64,000 nucleotides of DNA from a virus. Its lineage: Duplodnaviria; Caudoviricetes. Every line of letters starts with the position of its first letter. Position 1 is the stretch's first letter. The position numbers and the translations under genes are program-made. Location of the stretch: positions 96,001-160,000 of IMG/VR virus record IMGVR_UViG_3300025858_000010; one strand, written 5' to 3'. Below, in pieces: positions 9,742 to 20,017 of this stretch. The notes below the pieces were generated by a model that was not told the DNA's origin, did not search any database, and saw only the letters and a list, made by a program, of their open reading frames with translations.

Positions 9742-9828
9742 TCACTCTTCTTCGTCACAAGGATCAATATCTTTATGATTATTTTTTTCTTTTACAAATA
9801 TAATAAAATTTTTTAAATTATCACTCAT
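9742..9828 (-). CDS. 28-aa micro-ORF: leader plus degenerate tag
   Basis: MSDNLKNFIIFVKEKNNHKDIDPCDEEE*; the tag Trp codon TGG has become TGA; TTAATATATAG lies just upstream. Confidence 0.5.
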   Translation of the reverse strand: MSDNLKNFIIFVKEKNNHKDIDPCDEEE

Positions 9829-9857
9829 ATTTCTATATATTAAATTAAAATTTAATT

Positions 9858-10157
9858 TTATTCCCATTCTTCTTCACCGTAAGGATCTATATCTTTATAT
9901 TTTTCAGATTTAATCCTTTGGTTCTCTTGAAATTCTTCTTTAGTTTTAGATAGAGAAATTTCCCATATATAACTTAACTGAACTGTATTTTTATTCAATG
10001 ATTCTAAATCATATTTCCACATATTTTGATCATTTGAACAATAATAATTTTTTATCACATAATAACCGTGTGCATTTCTATGCATACCATGATAATATAC
10101 TACATCACCGATTTTATATTTTGATTTATTTTTATTAAATTGTACAAATGTTTTCAT
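9858..10157 (-). CDS. KOW/SH3-like protein with leader and C-terminal DPYGEEEWE
   Basis: MKTFVQF...YKIGDVVYY...YKDIDPYGEEEWE*. Confidence 0.75.
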   Translation of the reverse strand: MKTFVQFNKNKSKYKIGDVVYYHGMHRNAHGYYVIKNYYCSNDQNMWKYDLESLNKNTVQLSYIWEISLSKTKEEFQENQRIKSEKYKDIDPYGEEEWE

Positions 10158-10160
10158 TTA

Positions 10161-10763
10161 TCATACCTCCCAATTTTCTTCACCGTAAGGGTCTACATCA
10201 GCGTGTGCTGCTAATTGTTGATCTCTTAATAATTTTTTATTCGAATCAGTGATTAAATAAGTATAACCTTTTTTTGTGTGTGTTTGATAAGAATTTATTT
10301 TTCCATTTTCATCATATAAAGTGACACCTTCCATATCGAATTTTTTACCCAATAATCTTAAAATAGATAATGTTTGATTAATTCTAATTAATATATTATT
10401 TAATATTTTTTTTATATTAATGTAAAAAAAATCCGTAAATGGAATAACCTTAAAACATTTTTCAAACACATTCCATTTTTCTTTAATGATGTTAATTTGA
10501 TCTTGTGTAAAATGAAATTTATATTTCATTAGAATTGAAACAAACAATTTACTTATTAAACTCAAATTGATGTAATATTTATTTACTACTTTTGTCAATT
10601 TTTCATTAGATATAATTTCAGCAAATATTTTTCTATTTTCAAAAAATAAAGCATTTAAATGATCAATTCTTTCTTCGAAAGTTTCATTGAAAATTGATTC
10701 ATTTATGTATGTGTCAAAATTTTTCATGTTATTCATACCATTCTTCTTCACCATATGGATCAT
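10161..10763 (-). CDS. Hypothetical protein with leader and C-terminal DPYGEENW (likely start at MNNMKNF, about 10736)
   Basis: MKNFDTYINES...HADVDPYGEENWEV*. Confidence 0.7.
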   Translation of the reverse strand: MIHMVKKNGMNNMKNFDTYINESIFNETFEERIDHLNALFFENRKIFAEIISNEKLTKVVNKYYINLSLISKLFVSILMKYKFHFTQDQINIIKEKWNVFEKCFKVIPFTDFFYINIKKILNNILIRINQTLSILRLLGKKFDMEGVTLYDENGKINSYQTHTKKGYTYLITDSNKKLLRDQQLAAHADVDPYGEENWEV

Positions 10764-11445
10764 TTTCTGTAAATTTTCTAATAGGTTCTACTATTTCGTA
10801 TTCTTGTATAACGTCAGATAATATATCTAAATATGTATCATCATCAACATCTCTAATAGTTAAATTGCTGGTAAATAATTTTTTGTAATTAACGTTAAGT
10901 CTTAGCTTTTTTGCATATTTACCTGTAGTGGATAAAGAATTAGGAACTAACATTATATTATAGAGTTTATTTTTACTGTATATGTCAATTAGCTTATTTT
11001 TATATTTTTCATTTAAATAATCACAAACTTTTTCGACATCTTGCAAATCATCGTATATTTTTTTAATGTCGATTTTATCACCAATTTTTTTTAAAATAAA
11101 ACTACTATTGTTCTCTTTTATCATTTTTTTCTGAGTGTCCTTATCAACATCATCCAAATATTTAGTTTTATTTTTTCTTAATTTATCGATATATCTATTC
11201 TTTCTTATTTTTCTTTTTTTTAATTCTCTATCTTTTCCGAAATAAGGGTCCTGCATAGAAATATCTTGCATGGTTATAACATCAGGTCTTCTATAAGTAG
11301 CTGAATCTGGACCTTTATTAAAAGAAGGTCCTGTGTTTTGATCACCAGATATTCCCATACTTCCATAACCAGTCACATTTCTGTAATCAGTATATTCTTC
11401 GAATGTTTTTAAATTTTTCATCTGGTTTTTATTCATCACACCCAA
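10729..11445 (-). CDS. Hypothetical protein with leader and C-terminal DPYGEEEWYE
   Basis: MKNLKTFEEY...FTENDPYGEEEWYE*. Confidence 0.7.
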   Translation of the reverse strand: MGVMNKNQMKNLKTFEEYTDYRNVTGYGSMGISGDQNTGPSFNKGPDSATYRRPDVITMQDISMQDPYFGKDRELKKRKIRKNRYIDKLRKNKTKYLDDVDKDTQKKMIKENNSSFILKKIGDKIDIKKIYDDLQDVEKVCDYLNEKYKNKLIDIYSKNKLYNIMLVPNSLSTTGKYAKKLRLNVNYKKLFTSNLTIRDVDDDTYLDILSDVIQEYEIVEPIRKFTENDPYGEEEWYE

Positions 11446-13988
11446 TTTTTATTTACAAAATTTTCTGTATAAATATTTTTATCGGCGTTATCAGCCAATA
11501 ATAATTTTTCAGCATTATATATTATATTTTGATTTAGAATATTTGATATTTCTTCCGTTGGAATAACATCTGTCAATATTCTCAAATTAGTGTATTTTAT
11601 ATTAGATCCTTTAATAGTTAAATCCATTTCGTGATCAAAGGATTGAACGTATGTTGATTCGTATTTATTTTCTTTAATTATTTTAAATGTTGATATTGAT
11701 GTATTTAGTTCAACATTATTAACTGGTTTATATCCAGAACTTATTAAATATGTATATCCTGTCGAATCTAACCAAGATATGGTTTGTAATTGATAAGTAT
11801 TAGAATTAAAGAAAACTATATCGTAATTATTATCTCTTTGATACAATTTCAATTCTACTGTTTTTTGACGTTGATCTAGGTTTATAACGAGGCCGTACCA
11901 AATATTAGTTAATAAATTAACACCGATTCTAGATTTGTCTGTTGCACTTAAAAATCCACTTAATTTATAATATTGATCGTTTAATTGAAAATTAATATCG
12001 TTGTTATAAAACCAAGATCTGTATCCTTTATTAGTAACAGTATCAAAATTATCAAAGAACCAGAAATTTGTTTTTTTATCTATATCATAAGTTTTCCATG
12101 AGTTTATATTTGGTTTATCGGGGTTCCACGAATTATTAAAATTAAACCAACATATGAAAGATCTGTTTGTTGATTCGGTGAAAACATTATCTGTTTTTTT
12201 ATAAACAACTGCGGTTTTTCCAATAACATCTTTGAAATCGTAATGTGATTTTGAAAAGTCGAAATTATCATTAGATATATTTTCTTGAACTCTAATTACT
12301 TTATTATTAACAACATATCTCATCGGATCAAAAGTGAAAGGTTTGAATTGTTCAATATTAGCAATTTTTTCTTCTTCCTGTGTGGTTTCAATCCCCATAA
12401 GTTCTTGCATTGTAGTGTTTTTAGTAAGTGTATCTAATAAGGCTTTTGATTCTTCGTGAAGATTTCTGATATTCGCTTTTTGTTCGTATTTCTCAAGTAT
12501 TACTTTATAATAATAACCAGCGTTCATAACTTCCCTATAAACTTGAGAATGTTTAACATAAAATAGTCTGTTTATAGGACATATGTATAATATATCGTTT
12601 TCACTAGGTCTTTTATCGATTCCAAATTTTCTTTTAAATTCGTCTTTGAGTATATGAATTTCAAACGTATCAAATAAATCCAAATTGAATTGATTGAATT
12701 TTACTGTATTATCTGGAAATTTATTATCAGGTACTAAAATTTTAACTTTTTTCATATCAATTATATTATATAATTGATATTCGTGCAATATGAAGTCTAT
12801 TCCGTTTGAATCCGGATCAGTTAAATGATAATCTACTTCCCAACCAAAAACATCATTCACTTGATTGGCTAACATATTAGCAAAACTAACTATTTGTGTC
12901 ATATCATAAGGTTTCCAGTATGTTGAACCGCCTATTTGAGCATTTTGATTTTGAGCAGTTATTGATGCGGTAGTTCCCCCAGCTGGAATTGTTCCATTAG
13001 AATTGTTTGGATTAGATGAATAACAACTTAGCCCCTGTGTCCAAAAATTCATATTTAAATCATAAGGAGTCATAACATTCGTTATTTGTCCGTTGCCTGG
13101 TGACATACTATAAGTCGAACCTGATTGCGTGCTTATATTCCAACCACATGTATCTGTTGATCCAGTGAAATGATTTATATACGGAACAATACAGTCTTGT
13201 CTTATTCCGTATCTGTTTGTTTTTAAAGAATTTGCAGAAACATTTTGAAAATCTCCAATTAAAATGACATCATATACGTTTGTCGGCTGGTTTGGTGGAT
13301 ATATTGTTTTTATTTTATATTCCACTCTAGCGAATCTAAGATTATTGAATCTAAACGTTGATATATTTGCTTTATTGAGAGGTTCCCATTTAGAATAAGT
13401 TCTACCGTTATCTTGAGTAACTCTATAATATATTTCTAAATTATCAATATCATCTGTTATAACTTGAAAATCAGAAATAGAAAATATTTTATATATGTCT
13501 TTTGGAATGAGAACTACTTCATTAATAGTTTCAGTTAAAGTGAATGGTCCGTCCGTCCAATTGAATTCATAATCACCTGATATTATTATGGCTGGTGTAT
13601 AATCATCATCACCTATAATTATATTTGTTGGTGGAAGATCATCTATTTTATCATCAATTCTATAATAATATAATTCTAAATCGAAGGGTCTATTTGGTAT
13701 ACATGTAATTCCAGTTATTGCTGAAATAGGCATCAATTCACTCCAACAATCTTGACATTCAGATTGTTGATTGTCATATTTATTTTGATATTTGAAGAAT
13801 ACTGACAAATATTGTGATGAATCTATTGTTCCTCTAACAATTTGAGAATAAGAAGTGATTTTTTTTATCCCAGTTATTACTGCTGTTGGTTTAAGATACA
13901 TAGTATTATTCGTTGGAGTGAGTGTTTGAGTGCCAATAAAATTCATTGTAAAGGTGCCGTCGAATTTTTTACTTAATAGATAATTCAT
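11436..13988 (-). CDS. Large virion protein containing a T4 gp14-like neck/head-closure domain
   Basis: FNLDLFDTFEIHILKDEFKRKFG...RPSENDILYICPINRLFYV resembles the gp14 core (FG..D..I..F...P.EGDLIY.P..LFEI); flanked by beta-rich domains. Confidence 0.6.
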   Translation of the reverse strand: MNYLLSKKFDGTFTMNFIGTQTLTPTNNTMYLKPTAVITGIKKITSYSQIVRGTIDSSQYLSVFFKYQNKYDNQQSECQDCWSELMPISAITGITCIPNRPFDLELYYYRIDDKIDDLPPTNIIIGDDDYTPAIIISGDYEFNWTDGPFTLTETINEVVLIPKDIYKIFSISDFQVITDDIDNLEIYYRVTQDNGRTYSKWEPLNKANISTFRFNNLRFARVEYKIKTIYPPNQPTNVYDVILIGDFQNVSANSLKTNRYGIRQDCIVPYINHFTGSTDTCGWNISTQSGSTYSMSPGNGQITNVMTPYDLNMNFWTQGLSCYSSNPNNSNGTIPAGGTTASITAQNQNAQIGGSTYWKPYDMTQIVSFANMLANQVNDVFGWEVDYHLTDPDSNGIDFILHEYQLYNIIDMKKVKILVPDNKFPDNTVKFNQFNLDLFDTFEIHILKDEFKRKFGIDKRPSENDILYICPINRLFYVKHSQVYREVMNAGYYYKVILEKYEQKANIRNLHEESKALLDTLTKNTTMQELMGIETTQEEEKIANIEQFKPFTFDPMRYVVNNKVIRVQENISNDNFDFSKSHYDFKDVIGKTAVVYKKTDNVFTESTNRSFICWFNFNNSWNPDKPNINSWKTYDIDKKTNFWFFDNFDTVTNKGYRSWFYNNDINFQLNDQYYKLSGFLSATDKSRIGVNLLTNIWYGLVINLDQRQKTVELKLYQRDNNYDIVFFNSNTYQLQTISWLDSTGYTYLISSGYKPVNNVELNTSISTFKIIKENKYESTYVQSFDHEMDLTIKGSNIKYTNLRILTDVIPTEEISNILNQNIIYNAEKLLLADNADKNIYTENFVNKNWV

Positions 13989-14056
13989 ATATAAAAAAAG
14001 AATTTTTTTATTTTAATATATATATTAAAGTTAGAATTCCAAAAAAAATAATCAAA

Positions 14057-14935
14057 ATGTATATGAATAATCTAATGAATTTTGATGATTTTACTTTAAA
14101 TGAAAAGAATAAACCATCTGAAGGATTAACAAAAGAAAAAAAATCCGATATAGTTAAAAGAGCTAGGAGAGGCGAAGATATTGGTAAGAAAGGAAAAAAC
14201 TTTGAACAATTAAATAGATCGGATATTGATCCATACGGCGAGGAAGATTGGAACGATGATAATGATACACCGATAATACAGTTAGCTAAAGAACAAAATA
14301 AACCATTAGATCAAATAATGTCTTTATATTGTTATTATAATTCATTAACTAGTTTAGAAGGCATTGAACATTTAACTAATTTAGAAACATTAAATTGTTC
14401 TTATAATTCATTAACTAATTTAGAAGGCATTGAACATTTAACTAATTTAGAATTATTAGATTGTTCACGTAATCAATTAACTAATTTAGAAGGAATTGAA
14501 CATTTAACGAATTTAAGAGAATTATATTGTCATTCTAATCAATTAACTAATTTAGAAGGAATTGAACATTTAACGAATTTAGAGATATTATATTGTCATT
14601 CTAATCAATTAACTAGTTTGGAAGGAATTGAACATTTAACTAATTTAAGAGAATTATATTGTCATAATAATCAATTAACTAATTTAGATGGAATTGAACA
14701 TTTAACTAATTTAAGATATTTACATTGTTCGAATAATTCATTAACTAGTTTAGAAGGCATTGAACATTTAACGAATTTAGAATTATTAGATTGTTCACGT
14801 AATCAATTAACTAATTTAGATGGAATTGAACATTTAAAGAATTTACAATATTTATATTGTAATAATAATAGATTTACTGATGAATATAAAAATTATTTAA
14901 AATTAAAAACAAAAATAAAAAATATAATAATATGA
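14057..14935 (+). CDS. Leucine-rich repeat protein (9 x 22 aa) with leader and DPYGEEDW tag
   Basis: LTxLEGIEHLTNLxxLxCxxNx repeats; paralog of the four LRR genes at 50470-54275. Confidence 0.92.
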   Translation: MYMNNLMNFDDFTLNEKNKPSEGLTKEKKSDIVKRARRGEDIGKKGKNFEQLNRSDIDPYGEEDWNDDNDTPIIQLAKEQNKPLDQIMSLYCYYNSLTSLEGIEHLTNLETLNCSYNSLTNLEGIEHLTNLELLDCSRNQLTNLEGIEHLTNLRELYCHSNQLTNLEGIEHLTNLEILYCHSNQLTSLEGIEHLTNLRELYCHNNQLTNLDGIEHLTNLRYLHCSNNSLTSLEGIEHLTNLELLDCSRNQLTNLDGIEHLKNLQYLYCNNNRFTDEYKNYLKLKTKIKNIII

Positions 14936-15312
14936 AAAATTTAAAAAGTAGAAAAATTTATTTCAAAGAAGCGGTCGATGATAGTGATCTTATACCGATT
15001 AAAGGGGAATGGGAACCTTTAAAAAAAGAAAATAGATTTCTTTTATCAGAAGTAAAAGAATTATGCAAATTGGCGTTTGAAGCTGGTGAAAAGGGATTTT
15101 TAATTTTTGAACAATGGTGGAATGATCAACATATCAATGAAAACATTCTTCCACGCCCTTTTAAAAAAGTTAAATGTCTTGAATGTGGCGAAGAAGTATG
15201 TGATAATATGAATTATAAGATAGGACATCTATATAATAAACACAATTGTAAACCAAGTTTGAATGACTATAAAGCTATTGACATGATGAAAAAATATTTT
15301 CCATCTTCTTAG
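14932..15312 (+). CDS. Hypothetical protein with C2H2-like zinc site
   Basis: CLECGE...HLYNKH; internal HINE site. Confidence 0.6.
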   Translation: MKNLKSRKIYFKEAVDDSDLIPIKGEWEPLKKENRFLLSEVKELCKLAFEAGEKGFLIFEQWWNDQHINENILPRPFKKVKCLECGEEVCDNMNYKIGHLYNKHNCKPSLNDYKAIDMMKKYFPSS

Positions 15313-15313
15313 G

Positions 15314-15630
15314 TTATCTAAAATATGGAGAATGATACAGGATTAGAATCTTGGATTGTTCGTTAAAAATATACAGTTTAGGACTGTTATAGCTTCGGCT
15401 ATCTAAACTCGGAAAAATCGCTACTTTCCGAGTTTTTTTATAATCTAATTTCAAATATTTTTGTTTTTTAATAACATGACTAGGTGGTAATTGCTCAAAT
15501 ATTCCATGCTCAGGACAAATTATTTTTATTTTTTTTTTTGGAGATTTCATAATTAACTAAACTATAATCATAAATATAATTGTGCACAATATTAGCTTTT
15601 TTTTATAAAATCTTCTGTTTTTTTGTTCAT
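15314..15630 (-). pseudogene. Decayed homing-endonuclease fragment
   Basis: Across two A-run frameshifts it reads MNKKTEDFIKK-ANIVHNYIYDYSLVNY-KIKIICPEHGIFEQLPPSH, a repeat typical of phage endonuclease N-termini; no nuclease domain follows. Confidence 0.65.
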
Positions 15631-15687
15631 AAACTTTTATTTTTTATTCGTATATATTAAATAAATAAAAACAAATGATATTCGACT

Positions 15688-17205
15688 ATGATAGTTGATT
15701 ACGAATATTCTCAGCAAATTTTAAAAGTATCCTATATTGGTGATAATGGTCAAATTAAAATGAAACATTATAGATGGCCAAATCCACAAAAATATGTAGT
15801 TTGCTCGGATGATGATAGAGATAAAAGTGGTAAATATACAACTTGGGATGGTATGGCTTGCAAGTTAACATATACTCGAATGCCAGATCGATATTCAGTT
15901 TATGATTATATTGATAATTTACCACAAGAAGAACAAGATGTTCTTTTTAAATACGTAGAGCCCGAGATTTTTTTTGTTGATATTGAAAATGAAATTTTAG
16001 ATAAAAGACCTCAACCAGAACTAGCAGAAAGTGCTATACAATCTATATCTATTGTGGTTAGAAATAAAGCTCTTGTTATGGGATTAAATGATTTATCAAA
16101 GGAACAAGAAGCATCTATTAGAGAAGATATAAATAATTATTTCGTAAAATTTAATGCGAATTATGATTTTAAATTCATTAAATATCGAAATGAATACGAG
16201 ATGCTATTGAACTTTTTTGAAAAGTATGTTCCAAAAATGCCAGTTATAACTGGTTGGAATTTTACTGAATATGATTGGGTATTTCTCGTTAATAGAGCTA
16301 GAAAAATCGGAGTAGATCCAACATCAGCGTCATATACTAAAATATTAAGACAACCATTTAAAAGAGATAATAAAAATGGTAGACAAAAACAATCATATTG
16401 TGAACAACCAGCTCATAGATTAATTATTGATTATATGGAGCTCTATGAAAAATGGAACTCTACAATTAAAGTTAAAGAATCAAATTCACTAGACTTCGTT
16501 TCCGATGGAATTCTTGGTATTAAAAAAGTCAATTATGAAGGATCTCTTAAAACACTAGTCGTAAACGATTACAAAAAGTTTATATTTTATAATGCAGTAG
16601 ATTCAATTCTAGTTCAGAAAATACACGAAAAAACAAAATGGATTGATATTCTTTATGGAATTGCCACCTTATCTCGAATTAAAATCCTAGACGCTTATTC
16701 AACTCTTCCAGTTACAGAAGGCATATTGAGAAGAAAATTAAAAAAAGAAAGAAATGTTATTCTATGTAAATTGGATAGAGATTTCTCAGATAATAATACA
16801 ATAATGGAATCAGAGAAAACCGTTAAAGGAGGATGGGTCAAAGAACCTATAAAAGGAATGGCATTATGGACTGCTTGCTATGATTTCTCGTCCCTTTATC
16901 CAACGTGTATGAGGATGTTTAATATTTCGGCAGATTCTTATAAAGGTATTTTGTCTCCGGGTAAAGATTTTGCAATCTTTAATGGACATAGGGTTGATTT
17001 AGATTCTAATGATATTAAATTATTAAATGGTTCTGTTTTTAAAAATGAGGTCGGTGTAGTTAATCAAGTGATGACAGATATTTTTGCTGACAGAAAGAAA
17101 TATAAGGGATTTATGATGAAAGAACACGATGAATTAGAGTCATATAAAAGAGAGCTTAGAAGTGCTGAAGATGAGCTTTTGTTGGAATTAGAACATATTG
17201 ATTAA
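15688..17205 (+). CDS. Family B DNA polymerase, N-terminal subunit (exonuclease plus palm motif A) of a split gene
   Basis: ExoI DIE, ExoII GWNFTEYDW, ExoIII YNAVDS, GGWVKEP, motif A YDFSSLYPT, then FADRKKYK; stops in the fingers with no KxxxNSxYG or YGDTDS. Confidence 0.9.
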   Translation: MIVDYEYSQQILKVSYIGDNGQIKMKHYRWPNPQKYVVCSDDDRDKSGKYTTWDGMACKLTYTRMPDRYSVYDYIDNLPQEEQDVLFKYVEPEIFFVDIENEILDKRPQPELAESAIQSISIVVRNKALVMGLNDLSKEQEASIREDINNYFVKFNANYDFKFIKYRNEYEMLLNFFEKYVPKMPVITGWNFTEYDWVFLVNRARKIGVDPTSASYTKILRQPFKRDNKNGRQKQSYCEQPAHRLIIDYMELYEKWNSTIKVKESNSLDFVSDGILGIKKVNYEGSLKTLVVNDYKKFIFYNAVDSILVQKIHEKTKWIDILYGIATLSRIKILDAYSTLPVTEGILRRKLKKERNVILCKLDRDFSDNNTIMESEKTVKGGWVKEPIKGMALWTACYDFSSLYPTCMRMFNISADSYKGILSPGKDFAIFNGHRVDLDSNDIKLLNGSVFKNEVGVVNQVMTDIFADRKKYKGFMMKEHDELESYKRELRSAEDELLLELEHID

Positions 17206-17219
17206 AAATATTCTTTTAA

Positions 17220-18989
17220 ATGATATTAACTAAAAATTCAAATGTTACTATAACTTCGAGAAATATGGGTTATTATATTAATTACTTTAATGATATTAAA
17301 ATAAATGATGTAATAAACGTTGATATAAATATTTTACATAAAGGAAGTAATTTAAAGATTAATGTATGTTGTGATAATTGTGGACAAGAAAAGGAAGTGT
17401 CTTATGTCAAGTATAATAATTATATAAAGGATGATGGTAAATATTACTGTAAAGATTGTAAATGGATAAAATATAAAGAAACAAATATAAAAAGATACGG
17501 AGTAACAAATCCATTAAAAAAAATGGAACTAAAAGAAAAAATAAAAAAATCTCTTATAGATAAATATGGTGTTGATAATCCAATGAAAGATAAAAATATA
17601 AAAGAAAAAGTAAAAAATACAATAAATGAAAAATATGGAGTTGACAACGTTTTTCAAAATGATGAAATAAAAGAAAAAATAAAAAATACGAATTTATTAA
17701 AATATGGGATTGAAAGTCATAATAAAAATGAAAAAATTAAAGAACATAAAAAAAATACATATTTAAAAAATTTTGGATATGAAAATGTTTTTTCATCTCC
17801 TGAAATAATAGATAAAATTAAAGAAATATTAATAGATAAATATGGTGTTGATAATATTTTTAAAAATGGTATAATTAGAGATAAATTTATAAATGAAAAC
17901 AAAATAAAATGGTTTAATGAAATTAAAAATAAATATAAAAATTTAAATTTTATTAATGCAGATTTTGTTAAAAAAGAATTTCAAATTAATTGTGATAAAG
18001 GGCATACTTTCAATATAACTTTTAATTTATTTTATAACAGAAATAGAGAAAATTGCAAAACTGAAATTTGTACTATTTGCAATCCAATAGATAAACAAGA
18101 GTCCGGTTTGGAAATTCAAATTAGAGATTTTATAAAAGAAAATTATGATGGTATAATAGAATTAAACAATAATATTATTATAAATCCATATGAGATAGAT
18201 ATTTATTTACCAGAATTAAAAATTGGATTTGAATTCAATGGTCTTTATTGGCATTCGGAGATTTATAAAGACAAAAATTATCATATAAATAAAACAAATA
18301 TATCGGAATCAAAAGAAATAAAATTAATTCAAATATATGAAGATGATTGGTTATATAAACAAGATATAGTTAAATCCAGAATACTAAATTTGCTAGGCAA
18401 ATCTAATAAGATAATGGCTAGAAAAACTGAAATTAAAGAATTTAATGACACTAAAATGATAAAAGATTTCTTGGATAAAAATCATATTCAAGGACACGTT
18501 GGATCAAAAATTAAAATAGGACTTTTTTATGAAAATAAATTGGTTTCTTTAATGACATTTGGTGATAAAAGAAAATTAATGGGTCAGAAATCAGTAGTCG
18601 GAACTTATGAAATGTTAAGATTTTGCAATATATTAAATACTAATGTTATCGGCGGAGCTAGTCGATTATTTAAATATTTCGTCGATAAATATAATCCCAA
18701 TGTTGTTATAAGTTACGCTGATCGCAGTTGGTCTAATGGCAATCTTTATAAAAAAATAGGATTTGATTTTATAAGAAAAACAGAACCTAATTATTATTAT
18801 ATAATAAACGGAAAAAGAAAACATAGATTTGTATTCAGAAAAGATAAATTAATTAAAGATGGTGCCGACCCATCAAAAACAGAACATGAAATAATGTTAG
18901 AAAAAAATATTTATAGAATATATGATTCTGGTCATTTAAAATTTATTTGGAAAAATAATAAAAAAACAAACCTCACAGAAAAAAATTGA
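17220..18989 (+). CDS. Hef-like free-standing endonuclease (KYGVDN repeats, Vsr/PD-(D/E)xK domain, GNAT-like C-terminus)
   Basis: CDNC/CKDC zinc site, repeated KYGVDNP/V, EIDIYLPELKIGFEFNGLYWHS, EMLRFC...GGASRL...SYADRSWS.G.LY...GF. Confidence 0.8.
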   Translation: MILTKNSNVTITSRNMGYYINYFNDIKINDVINVDINILHKGSNLKINVCCDNCGQEKEVSYVKYNNYIKDDGKYYCKDCKWIKYKETNIKRYGVTNPLKKMELKEKIKKSLIDKYGVDNPMKDKNIKEKVKNTINEKYGVDNVFQNDEIKEKIKNTNLLKYGIESHNKNEKIKEHKKNTYLKNFGYENVFSSPEIIDKIKEILIDKYGVDNIFKNGIIRDKFINENKIKWFNEIKNKYKNLNFINADFVKKEFQINCDKGHTFNITFNLFYNRNRENCKTEICTICNPIDKQESGLEIQIRDFIKENYDGIIELNNNIIINPYEIDIYLPELKIGFEFNGLYWHSEIYKDKNYHINKTNISESKEIKLIQIYEDDWLYKQDIVKSRILNLLGKSNKIMARKTEIKEFNDTKMIKDFLDKNHIQGHVGSKIKIGLFYENKLVSLMTFGDKRKLMGQKSVVGTYEMLRFCNILNTNVIGGASRLFKYFVDKYNPNVVISYADRSWSNGNLYKKIGFDFIRKTEPNYYYIINGKRKHRFVFRKDKLIKDGADPSKTEHEIMLEKNIYRIYDSGHLKFIWKNNKKTNLTEKN

Positions 18990-19015
18990 CATTTTAAAAT
19001 TAATATATATGTAAG

Positions 19016-19927
19016 ATGTTTTTTTGGTGGATTTTTCCGCCCAAAAAAAAAATGCTTATGAAGAAACAAATTTTTAACCAAGATGTTATTGGTCCTCAAG
19101 ACTTTGATGAATTAGTCAATAAAATGAGGACTTTTTTTATGCAAAAAAATTATAAAGAAGTTTATCCTCAACCAATAAGATCTATTATGGCTGCCTGTGA
19201 GGATCCGAGAACTTTAAGATCTTTTACTTTCGATGGAAATACATGGCCTTTGAGTCAAACTAATCAAATGAATTTGGAAATGATATTACTAACTATGCCA
19301 GAGGAAGCAGATGGTATATATTGTATGACAACATCTTATAGAGATGAACCTAATCCTATACCTGGTAGACATGATAAAATATTTCCAATGTGGGAGTTTG
19401 AACATAAAGGAAACTTTCAAGATCTTATAAAAACATTAAGTGAATTGAGTGTTCATCTTGGTTTTGTGAAAAAAACTGAAGATATTCCAATATTCACATA
19501 TGATGAATTGTGTGAACATTATGGTGTTGATAATTTAGAATCCGATCACGAAATATTAATATGGAAAGAATATGGTGACGTTGTTGGAATAACGTATTTT
19601 CCAGAAAGGACTCATCCATTTTGGAATATGAAACAAGATGGATTAAATAAAAAAGGTGAAAGATTATTTAATAAAACAGATTTTATTATTTGTGGTCAAG
19701 AAACATTTGGATCGGCTGAAAGATCTGTTGATGTAGAACAAATGAGAAATAGTTTCCATAGTATATCAGATGGAATGTATGCCAAGTTATTATATAACGA
19801 ATTTGGTAAAGAAAGAGTTATCAATGAATTAGAATCTTATTTATCATTACCAATGATAAATAGATATGGTGCTGGTATTGGTTTTACAAGATTATATAGA
19901 AATATGAAATTAAAAGGACTAATTTAA
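19016..19927 (+). CDS. Class II aaRS catalytic-domain paralog (AsnRS/AspRS-like) lacking the anticodon-binding domain
   Basis: LSQTNQMNLE, motif 2 SYRDE...RHDKIFPMWEFE, GQETFGSAER, motif 3 GAGIGFTRL; about 290-300 aa with no OB fold. Confidence 0.8.
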   Translation: MFFWWIFPPKKKMLMKKQIFNQDVIGPQDFDELVNKMRTFFMQKNYKEVYPQPIRSIMAACEDPRTLRSFTFDGNTWPLSQTNQMNLEMILLTMPEEADGIYCMTTSYRDEPNPIPGRHDKIFPMWEFEHKGNFQDLIKTLSELSVHLGFVKKTEDIPIFTYDELCEHYGVDNLESDHEILIWKEYGDVVGITYFPERTHPFWNMKQDGLNKKGERLFNKTDFIICGQETFGSAERSVDVEQMRNSFHSISDGMYAKLLYNEFGKERVINELESYLSLPMINRYGAGIGFTRLYRNMKLKGLI

Positions 19928-19940
19928 TTAGTCCTTTTAA
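19910..19940 (+). terminator. Intrinsic terminator
   Basis: Perfect hairpin TTAAAAGGACTAAT-TTA-ATTAGTCCTTTTAA at the gene end. Confidence 0.75.
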
Positions 19941-20017
19941 TCCTTATCTTGAATACATTTTTTTTTGAATACTTGTATATTTTGATTTAATTGTTTTTTA
20001 TTTAAAATTTTTTTATG

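Noticed and set aside
17206-19015. Group I intron or intein interrupting the DNA polymerase
   Set aside because: Only 14 nt separate the polymerase stop from the endonuclease start, no polymerase exon follows it, and no intein terminal motifs are seen.
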